Assembly (NCBI GenBank): GCA_951406725.2
Contig: OX597819.1
Location: 77,376,001 to 77,440,000 of the forward strand
Source of the DNA: Octopus vulgaris
Lineage: Eukaryota
Direction of reading: 5' to 3'
DNA: 64,000 bases
This document shows, piece by piece, positions 1 to 13,149 of this stretch. The notes beneath the pieces are model-generated. The model ran no database searches. It had not been told where the DNA came from and worked only from the letters and a program-made list of their open reading frames with translations. The translations under genes were made by a program, and so were the position numbers. How positions within the stretch are numbered: position 1 is the first letter of the stretch; every line of letters starts with the position of its first letter.

Positions 1-1658
<1,658 letters not shown>

Positions 1659-2253
1659 GGAGTAAACACATAAATGTGAAACAAGGTGGAAAAAAGAGTA
1701 CTCAAATACCAGGGGTAGAGTAATATGCTTTATTTAAAAGCAGCAGAAATTCAACAAAACCTGTTACTCGGAGTTACTCTCATTCTAATTATATCAGCGA
1801 GTTTTCAAATACCTATCTAATTTTTGTATTCCTATCTCTGTCCACGTTAATTTAGAAATGTAATTATGAATATATGAATGTATATTTATGTATATTTTAT
1901 TTATATTGTCTTATTGTATCTAGTTTGCCTTTGAATTTTAGTGAAAATATGTAGTTGTATTGTATGTGAATGTACAGGACTACATAATTATTCACTCACA
2001 CGCGTAGATATATATACGTGGGTATGTGTATGCGTGTGTGTGTAGATAGATAGATATAGATATATAAAAGAAATTAGAATGACAAGGCAATAAAACATTA
2101 TGCCCTGAACTTCATTAGGGGACAGCTGTTTCTAATATAAGATACAATGCACTCGGAGCTGAGCGCTTACGCATTGCTCTGTCACAACATTTGAGCTTCA
2201 AAAATAAAATAACATTTTTATTTGGGAAAGAAGTTACAATTACATATATATAT

Positions 2254-2255
<2 letters not shown>

Positions 2256-2346
<91 letters not shown>
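2256..2346. repeat. (GATA)n microsatellite
   Basis: Direct reading. Confidence 0.97.
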
Positions 2347-2347
<1 letters not shown>

Positions 2348-2351
2348 GTAT

Positions 2352-3180
2352 ACTTACTTGGAAATGGATGAATGGTTTTCAATCAAATAATAATATGAAT
2401 AATATATATGCATATATATATGTGTGTGTGTATGTGTGTGTGTGCGTGTGTGTTATTTATATTATTATTTGATTGAACGCACACATCCATTTCCAAGTAA
2501 GTTTATCTTAATTTTTTGATGCCACTCTACCCTATACTGTTTTCTCCCCTATCGTTTTCTCTCACATCCTTTCTCCAAATCCGTTTTTCTCCCCTTCACA
2601 GTTTTCTATCTATCTCTCTCTCTCTCCCTCTCTCTCTCTCTCTTTCTACTCCTTTCTCCTTTTCTCTGTCACTCTACTCCTCTTTCTCCTTTTCTCTCTG
2701 TCTCTCTCTACTTCTCTTTCTCCTTTACTCTCTCTCTCTCTCTCTTCCTTTCGTTGCTCACGCGTGACCATCGTCCGTCTTTCTTTTCCTCACGTAATCA
2801 TCTTTCTTTTCTTTCAGGGCTTGTATCCTATCTATATATCTCTTCTATCTATTCTCTTTTCAAAGAAAATATTTCTTCAGCGTTCGCTATGTTACCCTCG
2901 TTCTTGTCTAACGACTCTCCATGCTTGTTTTTGTTAGGTTTCCTTGTATGTCTCCACTGTCCTGATTTTGTTCCCAACTTTGACCCTCCATAAATCCCAA
3001 ACCTTATTTTGGTATTTGTGTGAGCAACTGCCTTCGAAGACTCATATTATTGTTTAATGCCTGAAATGAGGAGTAGCTAGGCAGCTGACAACTGATGAAG
3101 GGTCGTTCTTTATGTTACTTGTCCTGTTTTCTGCTTGTTTCTCTCGTTGTTTGCGTATTCAACTCATATATTTTCGTAAA
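2352..3180 (+). mobile_element. Unclassified interspersed repeat with inverted 5' duplication (related fragment at ~5181-5385)
   Basis: 2352-2400 is the inverse of 2454-2502. GATTGAAC..CATCC..TCC(C)AAGTAAGTTT..ATCTTAAT recurs at 5181-5225. Confidence 0.5.
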
Positions 3181-3255
3181 TACACACACACACACACATG
3201 TATAAATATATATATATGTTATTTACACACACACACACACATATATATAAATATA

Positions 3256-3421
3256 GGCGCAGGAGTGGCTGTGTGGTTAGAAGCTTGCTTCCCAACAACA
3301 GGGTTCCAGGTTCAGTCCCATTGCGCGGCACTTTGGGCAAGTGTCTTGTACAATAGCCTGGCGCCGACCAAAGCCTTGTAAGTAGATTTGGTAGAGGTAA
3401 ACTGAAAGAAGTCCGTCATAT

Positions 3422-3466
<45 letters not shown>

Positions 3467-3665
3467 TGTCTGTGTGTGTCTGTGTTTGTCCCCACACTAT
3501 CGCTTGACAAATGATTTTGGTGTGTTTACGTCGCCGTAACTTAGCGGTTCGGCACAATAGACCGATGGAATAAGTACTAGGCTTACATATAATAAGACCT
3601 GGGTTCGATCTGTTCGACTAAAGGCAGTGCTCCAGCATGGTCGCAATAAGTAAAAGAATAAAAAA
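3256..3665 (+). mobile_element. tRNA-derived SINE, family A
   Basis: GGCGCAGGAGTGGCTGTGTGG head (A box), GGTTCAGTCCC B-box-like motif, internal (TG)n, A-rich tail. Many copies in window. Confidence 0.85.
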
Positions 3666-3682
3666 AAGAATAGAATATATGT

Positions 3683-4010
3683 GGAGACCCCTTTCAGTTA
3701 CGAATGACCATGGGATTGCACCTAGAAAGTTACCCACTGAGGCACAAGTCCGGGCAAGGTTGTTTATGGAAAACCAGCAGCGCCCATGCATACCAGCCTC
3801 CCCTCTCCACGCCACCGATGTCATCTAAGGGAAAGGTCGATACAGCTTTGCACCAGTGACGTCGCAACTCATTTCTACAGCTGAGTGAACTGGAGCAACG
3901 TGAAATAAAGTGTCTTGCTCAAGAACACAACATGCAGCCCGGTCCGGGATTCGAACTCCCAACCTCATGGTCGTAAGTTCGACGCTCTAACCACTGAGCC
4001 ATGCGCCTTC
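3683..4010 (-). mobile_element. tRNA-derived SINE, family C
   Basis: Minus strand GAAGGCGCATGGCTCAGTGGTTAGAGCG...GAGTTCGAATCCC gives A and B boxes, followed by a conserved body shared with the 20582 and 21352 copies. Confidence 0.85.
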
Positions 4011-4018
4011 ACACTATA

Positions 4019-4092
<74 letters not shown>

Positions 4093-4108
<16 letters not shown>

Positions 4109-4610
4109 TGTAGTTGTGTGAGTGTCTGTCTCCTACGATTTAGATTCCTAACTCCTCCCACATTTTGCGGTGCAGTTTAACCAAATTCGGGTATCTTATA
4201 GTCGTGATGAATATCGAGCCCGTCTGGCTATTAGCGCGCGTCTACGATGAGTCTACGATTTTAAAAATAATTTAACATCATTTTTTATTCCATTTTAATG
4301 CATAATTTTTTGTGTGTCGATGGCGGCGGAGTTGGCGTCCACGCTCAAACACCTGTACCTGTGTTTGCTTCTCCCCCTTCTTCCCTCCCTCGTGAAGCTG
4401 TGGGGACGGGAGTTTAAGGAAATCAACGTCGTAATGCGTTGTCAAGGAGACCAGCGTTCTTTTAGAACAACGACTTCATGGCTTGAAGACACCAAAACAG
4501 AAATGGCTAAGAAAGCCCGAATTGGCATCTATAAAGGAAGTAACTCTCTAAAAAATGCTTATATAGTTATTTCCCTTACAAACCCGAGCAACGCCGGGCG
4601 ATACTGCTAG
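4093..4610 (+). mobile_element. Non-autonomous Helitron, copy 1 of tandem dimer
   Basis: 3' hairpin CCCG-AGCAACGC-CGGG then CTAG end. 5' end merges with (TA)n. Confidence 0.85.
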
Positions 4611-5126
4611 TCTATATATATAAAACTGTAGTTGTGTGAGTGTCAGTCCCCTTCGATTTAGATTCCTAACTACTCCCACATTTTGCGTTGCAGTTTAACC
4701 AAATTCGGGTATCTTATAGTCGTGATTCATATCGAGCCCGTCTGAGTATTAGCGCGCGTCTACGATGAGTCTACGATTTTAAAAATAATTTAACATCATT
4801 TTTTATTCCATTTTAATGCATAATTTTTCGTGTGTCGATGGCGGCGGAGTTGGCGTCCACGCTCAAACACCTGTACCTGTGTTTGCTTCTCCCCCTTCTT
4901 CCCTCCCTCGTGAAGCTGTGGGGAAGGGAGTTTAAGGAAATCAACGTCGTAATGCGTTGTCAAGGAGACCAGCGTTCTTTTAGAACAACGACTTCATGGC
5001 TTGAAGACACCAAAACAGAAATGGCTAAGAAAGCCCGAATTGGCATCTATAAGGGAAGTAACTCTCTAAAAATGCTTATATAGTTATTTCCCTTACAAAC
5101 CCGAGCAACGCCGGGCGATACTGCTA

Positions 5127-5127
<1 letters not shown>
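4611..5127 (+). mobile_element. Non-autonomous Helitron, copy 2 of tandem dimer
   Basis: Starts TC directly after copy 1 CTAG, ends hairpin+CTAG|T, near-identical to copy 1. Confidence 0.88.
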
Positions 5128-5183
<56 letters not shown>

Positions 5184-5388
5184 TGAACACCACGCATCCT
5201 CTCCCAAGTAAGTTTTATCTTAATAATTCTGATGCGTACTCTTCGTACTCTTTCGTTTTTCTCTCTTTTTCTCTCTTATTCTTTTACCTCCCCTTCTCCT
5301 ATTACTCTTTTGTTTTTCTCTCTTCCTTTCTCCCCTTCCTGTTTTTTCCTCACATATCTTATCTCCAATTTTTTCTTCTCCCCTTCAT

Positions 5389-6382
5389 AAAATGTTATGG
5401 ATGCGGTGAAAGAGGGCACCTAAGAAGGAAATGCCCCAGAGCAACAGTAGATATGTTGGAACAGAGTGTACAGGAAGATACAGTGGTGGAAAAAAAAGCT
5501 GAAGCAGAGAACAGAATATGAGGGAAATTTGGCGGAAATAAAACCCAAGAAAAGCGAGAGAAGAAAGTCACCGACGACAGTGGAAGTGAAAAAATGTAAA
5601 GGAATGGAAGAAGAAACTCAACCCACGACGTGAAACGGAGAAAATTTGCCAGAGGAAGTACCAGCAAAGGAATTAAAAGGACAGAGTCATGCAAACCAGA
5701 AACAATTCCACTCAGAAATACGGAAACCTAAAAACATACAGACGAAACACGTAGAGTTACAGTCAAACGAACACACAGACTTAGAGATGAAGATACTAGA
5801 ACTCACAAAACAGCAGGAAAATAGAAACAAAATGTGACAATATGAAAAACGCAAACAAAAGGAAAATCATAGTGAGATAGGATACCCCAACGTACCCCAA
5901 GAGTGAAAGATATTGTGAGAGACAGAAGAGGTAAGCCGATACAATTTTGTAAAGACTATAACTCAGAAAATATTTATTTGAACTTTTAAGGAAAAATAAA
6001 ACAAGTCATTTTGCAAGTGTCGAATGAATAGATTTCCAAAATGTTTTTAAAAAGATAATGTGGTATACATTTGGTTGACTTTAGTTTTAAAAAAAAAGGA
6101 AAAGTAAGAAGTAAATCCTGTTTGAACATTTGTTTAAAAGGTGTAATTATAGGGCGAAAGCGAAAAGGGAAGTCGCGGTTTCGCCTCGGAGCGAGGCTAG
6201 AGGTTGTGTAATAAGTTAATGGTAAAGGAATACACGGTTTCATCTCGCAGCGGGAGTGAGATGGCCGACTCATTTGCATTGTAAATATATTCATTTCACA
6301 TTCATCCTTCATATATTTTATGTTCCCGCATGTCTTTGAATGTCCCCTCTGTAATTAGGCCTTGTGCCTGTAATAAAGAATT
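5389..6382 (+). mobile_element. 5'-truncated Tx1/L1-like ORF1-only retroelement, copy 1
   Basis: CCHC knuckle KCYGCGERGHLRRKCPR, charged tail, AATAAA near the end. Homologous to ~7140-8099. Confidence 0.6.
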
Positions 6383-6399
6383 AAGCTAGCAAGCCACGC

Positions 6400-8099
6400 C
6401 CTTTTGTTGTTTTTGAAAAATTCTAAGCGAAATTTTTTGTGCGAAGCCGCCATTGTTGGGTGGTAGTGAAACAATTTAAAAAACTGAAAAGTTACGCGGA
6501 GGCTACTGGAGGTCAAGTTCCCCTGGACCCACGTGTGCTGAAGCCGGGGATGATGGAGTGGAATGGAAGGAAGATAGCCAAATATTATGGTATGATGGGG
6601 AAGGAAGAGTCAAATATAAAAATGATCCTGCCAGAGGAGGAGAAAAGAAAGGTGGAAAGCAGGACGGTCATATTCAGAATATTTTCGAATGTAAATGGGA
6701 GAATGGGACACGCGCCGCAGGAGGAGATGGATAAAGTCTTGGAGAAATAAATAGGAGAAGGGATGACTTTCTTTACAAGAGGAAGGGAATAAGCGACTAT
6801 AATAGTAGCCTTTGTATCAGAAGGGGAGGCGAAAAAACCGAAACGGGCTGATACAGGGAGAGAAATGGACGTTGATGCCAAACTGTTTGAGCAAAGGAAT
6901 CGTTAGGATTGGATCCCACCATCGATAGATCCAGAATAGCCGCAATTTTTTAATTCAGTGCTGAGGAAGGAAGGTGAGGACCTGAAGATTGGTATAAGCC
7001 GAACACAACAAATGAAATGGTGGGGATGTGGTATAGAGATAATCTGTGCGGTGAACCCAAAAATTACGAAGAGATGGTTGAAGCTTTGGAATTACCAAAT
7101 GAAGAAGGGCTGGAAATGGTGTTAGAGGAGAGACCCCAAAGTATTACGGATGTGGTGAAAGAGGGCACTTGAGAGGGAAATGCCCTAGAGCAGCAGTGGA
7201 AGTGGTGGAGGAGGGTGTTCAGGAAGATGTAGTGGTGGAGAGGAAGCAGAAACAGAAAACAGAACATGACAGGAAGGGAGGGAGAAGGAAGTCACCGACG
7301 ACAGTGGAATTGAGGAAGTGTAAAGCAATGGAAGAGGCGGAGAGAGTTTACCGGTAGAATTACCAGTAAGGGATTTACAAGTGCAGAGTCATTCAGACCA
7401 GAAACAAGACAGCCCAGAATTGCGAAAACCTGGAGACATGGACACACAGACGGAACACATAGAATTGCAGTCAGGCGAACACACAGACAAGCAGACGCAA
7501 TTGCAAGAGACCATAAAACAGCAGCGGTGTGGAGACAGAGAGAGAGACAACATGAAGAAAACAAACGGAAGGAAGAATTATAGTGAGATGAGACGCCCCA
7601 ACTTGAAGGATTGCAGAATTGAGAGACATTGTGAGAGGCGGAAGTGGTAGGTCGTTGTAGTTTTGTAGAGACTGTGACTGAGTGGAGTGTTTGTTTGAAC
7701 TTTTTATGGAAGGGAAGAAAAAGCAAGTAAATTGCAACTGTTAAATGAACAGGTTTTCAAACATTTTTGAATACTGTGATAAATATTTGGTTGACTTTTA
7801 GTTGTAAAAAGGAAAAGAAAAAATGTAAACCGTGCATGAACATTTGTTTAAAAGGTTTATAATTGTAGGTAAAAAGCGAAAAGGGAAGTCGCAGTTTTGC
7901 CTCGGGGCGAAGCTAGAAGTTATGTAAAATGTAAAGGCTTAAGGAAAAGGAATCCACGGTTTCATCTCGCAGCAGGAGCGAGATGGCCGTTTCATTTGCA
8001 TTGTAATTTTATTCATTTCACATTCATCCTTTCATGTGTTTTTTTTTTGTTCCCGCATGTCCCCGCTGTAATTAGGCCTTGTACTTGTAATAAAGAATT
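6400..8099 (+). mobile_element. Tx1/L1-like ORF1-only retroelement, copy 2 (decayed gag-like ORF1)
   Basis: N-terminal KSYAEA motif, broken ORF ending in knuckle YYGCGERGHLRGKCPR (~7142-7190), no RT. Flanked by AAGCTAGCAA(G/A)CCAC(G/A)C at 6383-6399 and 8100-8116. Confidence 0.6.
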
Positions 8100-8171
8100 A
8101 AGCTAGCAAACCACACTACTCCAGATTGATGAAGAACAATGAATCTGAAACTAGTCTCTGGTTGCTGGCTT
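8100..8171 (+). ncRNA. Type I hammerhead-like motif with bulged extended stem I (C3U variant)
   Basis: CCAGA-TTGATGA-AGA acaatgaa TCT-GAAAC TA GTC-TCTGG (8121-8161). AAGCTAGCAA (8100-8109) pairs with TTGCTGGCTT (8162-8171). Confidence 0.7.
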
Positions 8172-8334
8172 TTCTGGGTGGAGGTGCTTATGTCACATAG
8201 CCAACTGGAAACGGTGTTTCCTGGGGCTATATAGCAGAAGCATTCTTCCCTTTCCTGGCAACAAGCCATCACTTTATCATGCTGCTACTGTATAAGTCTC
8301 TCTGACATATTTAGAAATGCAATATCCCTAATTT

Positions 8335-8404
<70 letters not shown>

Positions 8405-8465
8405 TATTATTTATATTATATATATTTAATACATTGGCACATAGATAGATACGTATATATATATG

Positions 8466-8543
<78 letters not shown>

Positions 8544-8545
<2 letters not shown>

Positions 8546-8745
8546 GCTGAATCGTTAACAATCCAGGTAAAATGCTTATCACCATTTCGTTTATCTTTAC
8601 GACCTGAGTTCAAATTCCGCCAAGGTCGACTTTGCCTTTCATCCTTTCGGAGTCAATGAAATGGACCACTTACGCACTAGGGTCGATGGAATCGACTAGC
8701 CCTCTTCCCCAAAAAGCTTCAAGCCTTGTGCTTATAGTAGAAAAA
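8544..8745 (+). mobile_element. tRNA-derived SINE, family B
   Basis: GAGTTCAAATTCC B box, then GTCGACTTTGCCTTTCATCCTTTCGG core shared by many copies. Confidence 0.75.
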
Positions 8746-8774
8746 AATGTGTGTGAATTCTTTTATTTTATTCC

Positions 8775-8969
8775 TTTGCTTGTTTCAGTCATTGGACTGC
8801 GGCCATGCTGGAGCATTACCTTGAAGAATTTTAGTCGAGCGTAAGGAGCGAGGAATTTTTCCTTTGAGCGTGGCACTTATTCTATCGGTCTCTCTTGCCG
8901 AACCGCTTTTTTACTGGGATATAAACACACCAGCCCCTGTTGTCAAGCGGTGTTAGAGAACACACACGT

Positions 8970-9021
<52 letters not shown>

Positions 9022-9167
9022 GACGGACTTCTTTCAGTTTCCGTCAACTAAATCAACTCACAAGACTTTGATTGGCCCGAGACTATAGAAGTAGATACTT
9101 GTCCTAATCCCACGCGGTGAGACTGAACCCGGAGGCAATGTTCTTACTACAGAGCTGCACCTGCGCC
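8775..9167 (-). mobile_element. SINE family A
   Basis: Reverse-complement similarity to 3256-3665, internal (TA)n. Confidence 0.8.
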
Positions 9168-9194
9168 TATACATATATATATATATATATATAT

Positions 9195-9397
9195 GACCTC
9201 GTGTGTACCGTTGGCGATTTTTTTTTCCTCTGTCTTCCCTTCTCTGGATCTTTCCTTCTCCTGTGTTTCCGACGAAGAGCTCCGCTCGAAACGTTAAACC
9301 CTCCTTCTTTCCTTCTTTCCTGAGCGTCCAATAATACTATATTTGTTCCACGTCCTCGCGTTGTTGTGTTTTTTTTTGTGCTTTCTTGTTTGGATTA

Positions 9398-9402
<5 letters not shown>
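9195..9402 (+). mobile_element. Small (TA)n-embedded repeat with minimal hammerhead-like motif (9265-9299)
   Basis: GTTT-CCGACGA-AGAGC TCC GCTC-GAAACGTT-AAAC, with (TA)n on both sides. Confidence 0.55.
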
Positions 9403-9454
<52 letters not shown>

Positions 9455-10103
9455 GATTCAAGTACACAAACAGTTCAAATAAACGAATAATAACGGACAT
9501 GTGGACGTGCATAAGAAATGTATTGGCTTGATGCTAATGTGTGTATGTGTAAATTACATACATAAGCACAACCATTTACATGATATGCTGCACGTGTTTG
9601 ACAGAGTAGATGTGTGCGCGTTTCTGTGTGTATATGTGCGTGCGTGCGTGCATGCATGTGTGTAGTCTCTTACTGCTGGCTCTCTTAGTTTGATTGCTTG
9701 CTTCAACATTAAAAAAACATCAGCTCGTGACACTTTTCATTATCATAAGAAGGTTAACTGATTTCATTCTGATTCATACCTATTATCTATTCCAAACGTA
9801 ATGTAGGACTACATCCTTTACCATGCCACGTGATGCCTCTCCTTTCACTTTCATCCTGCTCGAGACAAGGAAGGTCTATGCAATGTTCGGAAAACTTGAC
9901 ATAGAAATGATAGCTAAAGCCATCTTTAATCACATCCGACACTTTGTTTTTAAAATGGGAGCTCACAATAATAATATACACCAAAATGCACTATACGTGA
10001 AAATGAATAAAAACAAGGACAGGAGGAACACGGCTCTCACCTCTTTTATTAAAATTGTGGTCTATCAATACTGACCTGAGCCCAAACCGCAACAAAATCA
10101 ACT

Positions 10104-10931
10104 ATCATTCTTAATTTTGGACAGAGTCCTTCTTCAAAGAAAAGTTAACAAGAGAGAAAGGAAGAGAGATAGCAGAGTTTTACATCCAGATGATGCAAAA
10201 ATTCTACTGTCACTCTTTGATTTCACTTCTGTCGACTTGTCCTTGAAGAAGGAATTCTGTTCGAAACGTATTTTCCACTTCCCACATCAAGTTCACCGTA
10301 CTCTTTTTATTGATGTCTACTTGGATTTTGTTTTATTATATTCTTAGTATCTGATTCAGTGCTTTATCAACATTCCATGTCTATAGATCATATTTATTTA
10401 TTTGTTAGCAATTTGGTGATTAGCTTCAGTTCTGTACTGAATAAGCAGACCTGTGATCATACTGTCTTCTTTGTCGGTATTTTAAATCCGGGACTTGATT
10501 ATACAGCATATCCTTCCTTTTGTACAAACCAGGATTAAACCAGAATTAAACCAGGAAGTGCCGAACTGGAAAACACCTGGTTCAAAGAGAATACCAAGAT
10601 TTTAGTACAATGATATACTGAGTGACTGAGACATGCTAGCAGATATCAAATACTTTTACCCAATCACTTGTCTCCCAGTAATCCGGAAAATATTCGAGCT
10701 ATTTTACCACAGGGAAGAGAAGGGCTTTACGCAGAATACAATGAGCTTGACGTGGGAAGTGGGAATTCCAACGTTTCGAACAGAATTCCTTCTTCGGGGA
10801 TAAGTTGAGAGAAGTGAAATTAAAGAGTGGGGTTTTACATCATCTGGATGTAAAACTCTGCTATCTCTCTTTCATTTCACTCTTGTCAATTGTTTTCTTG
10901 AAACAGGACTCTGTTGAAAACTAAGAATGAT
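10104..10931. repeat. Diverged ~200-bp inverted repeat pair (10104-10305 / 10733-10931) with hammerhead-like motif
   Basis: Shared GAGAGATAGCAGAGTTTTACATCCAGATGATG and (TT/CC)GAAGA-AGGAATTCTGTTC-GAAACGT in opposite orientations. Confidence 0.7.
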
Positions 10932-13149
10932 CGCTGGTTTTGTGATTCATTATTTTAAGCTCTTCGGTTACTACTGCTATGTCTCTCTGCTTGACACCTG
11001 ACGGTCACTTTCTACGATGCATTTTGTTGTTTTGTTGTGTAGTTTACATATTTGAAGGTAGTAAAATTGTCTAACTTCTTTTCTAAAGGTCTTAATTTGT
11101 CTCTCGGTCTTTCACTTCCACCGGAGGTCCTTCTTAACAGTGTATTTAACTTGTTTTACTCTTTGTTGCATACAAGTAGGACTGGATGCGCTCACTACGC
11201 GACAATTTGACCTTTCACGTTTTGTTTTTTACTGTCAATCACGTTAAAGCTCGATCGTTGCGTCATCACAGGGGGGGGGCAAAGGGCCTATGCGATCGAA
11301 GGAAGGCTATAACGTAATATAAAGAGCGCATCAGTATTCTTTTATTTCATTTCATGATGTCACGCTATAAATCCAATCCATAGATGCACATTACAAATGT
11401 TGCATGCATAATCAATCTAAACGCTTCTTCAGATACACGAGAGATACAGATCACAAACATACAGCTACCATATGAATCGGGGTCAGCCGCCGACCTAAAT
11501 ATGAGAACATAGATCGCAATTACTGCAGTTATAGTAGACGACACTTGCCCAAGATGCCGCGCAGTGTGAGTGAACCAGAAGCCACATATTTGCAAAACTA
11601 ACCTCTTAACCACACAGCCGTTTCCTAGGTTCTCCTTTCCTTTCTTTCTGTGATCATTTATTTATTTATTTATTTATTTCCCCCCTTCATTTCGTTGTCT
11701 TCGTTTTTTTATTAGTTTTACTTCGTTTTGTTTATTCTTTTCCTTATAATTTTCTTTCTTTTTCTATTTATTCCTTTCCTTCTTTCTTGTGTCATTTCTC
11801 CCTCCCTTCCTCTTTCTTTCTATCATTTTTCATTTTCTTTCTTTCATTCATTTCCTTCCTTCTGTTTATTCCACCACCACCCTTCTCACATTTTCCTGGT
11901 TACCGTCAGTTCATTGTTTTCTTTTAAATATTTCTAATTTTCCGTTTCTAAGCTTCCAGTTTGTCTCCATTGATTTAGTTATCTATATTACAGTTGTCGC
12001 TATTATTGTAGTTTCTATTATTAGTATTCTTGATATTGCTGTAAATCTTTAATCCCAGGTCAAACATGGTCGACCTTTATTTTCCTTCTGCACATCACCC
12101 TCACAACCACATTATCTAGTGTCAAATTTTTTAAAACTAGAATATGATTTGAGAGAGATTTGATGGCTATATCAAGCTGATCAAGTCATTACTTAAAGCA
12201 TCGACTGTCGCTATTGATGTTGTCATTGCCGTTGTTGAATGTTATTGCTATTTTATTTATTTTTCTTTTGTTGTTGTTTCTCTTGTGGCAAATTCTTTTA
12301 TTGTCCATGTTAATTATACTTTCTTTAGTAACCACAAAAGGTTGACAAAAAGATGTAACCACAAAAGTTTGACGAACAGATGAAGGACGGCACCGAACGA
12401 TACAACGTGGGATTACATTAAAAAAACATGCAAACAAAAGAAATAACAAAGAAAAATCTCCAAATCAAGGGAGATTACCACGGACGACTCGTGGAAATCT
12501 CCCACAAAAACCGCAACTAACCAAACCACAAAAACAGAACGTCCTCTTCCAGATGTTCGTTTCCAGTTTACAGGCTTTTGCTGAGAACAGTTCCGTTCAT
12601 GCAGGTCATGCTCGCCACTCTCATCCATATTTCAACAAATTTACTGAGAAACACTATTTCTCATTCCACGTTCATTTTCACTTACAAGGGAAACTTGAAA
12701 AAGTTGCTGTGGGCTTAGACATAAAAGAAGGCTTCTGCCTTCAAACCTTTCCCTCTCGTCCACCACACAATCCTTTTCCATAGGTGGTCAGGGGAATAAT
12801 CTCCACAGTGGGTCCAGCAGATACCAGATCCGTTCTTACACGCTACAGCAGTTGTTCAACTCAGCCCCCACAAGCCAGTAACGCCCCGGGCTCTAACAAG
12901 TGCGAGGTAAGGCGGTTTCGTTGCTTCGCGCAGAAAATTTTTCATTCTTTCAAAACTACGTGAAAAAAAGAAAAGTCTTAACTACAAGTACTTTTCATCG
13001 AAGGGATCTATGAGGCGCTGTTGTATACATATTTTCTTCGCGTTATATACCGGCACTTTTTCTCTTTTATGTCCTTGCCTCAAGTAATGAAATTAGTTTA
13101 TTTAATGTTAAAGCAAACATATAGATAAACATTTGTGTACATATAATAT

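Noticed and set aside
3028-3130. Further CTGATGA/CTGAAGA hits (3092; also 53746, 30181, 11426 minus)
   Set aside because: No convincing stem II-GAAA-NUH-stem I arrangement. 3028-3085 may be a badly decayed hammerhead but cannot be supported.
3940-4010. tRNA gene
   Set aside because: tRNA-like A/B boxes continue into a SINE body present in multiple copies, and there is no proper acceptor stem.
4314-5083. Duplicated 98/83-aa ORFs
   Set aside because: They are internal to non-autonomous Helitrons, start at GTG and have no Rep/helicase motifs.
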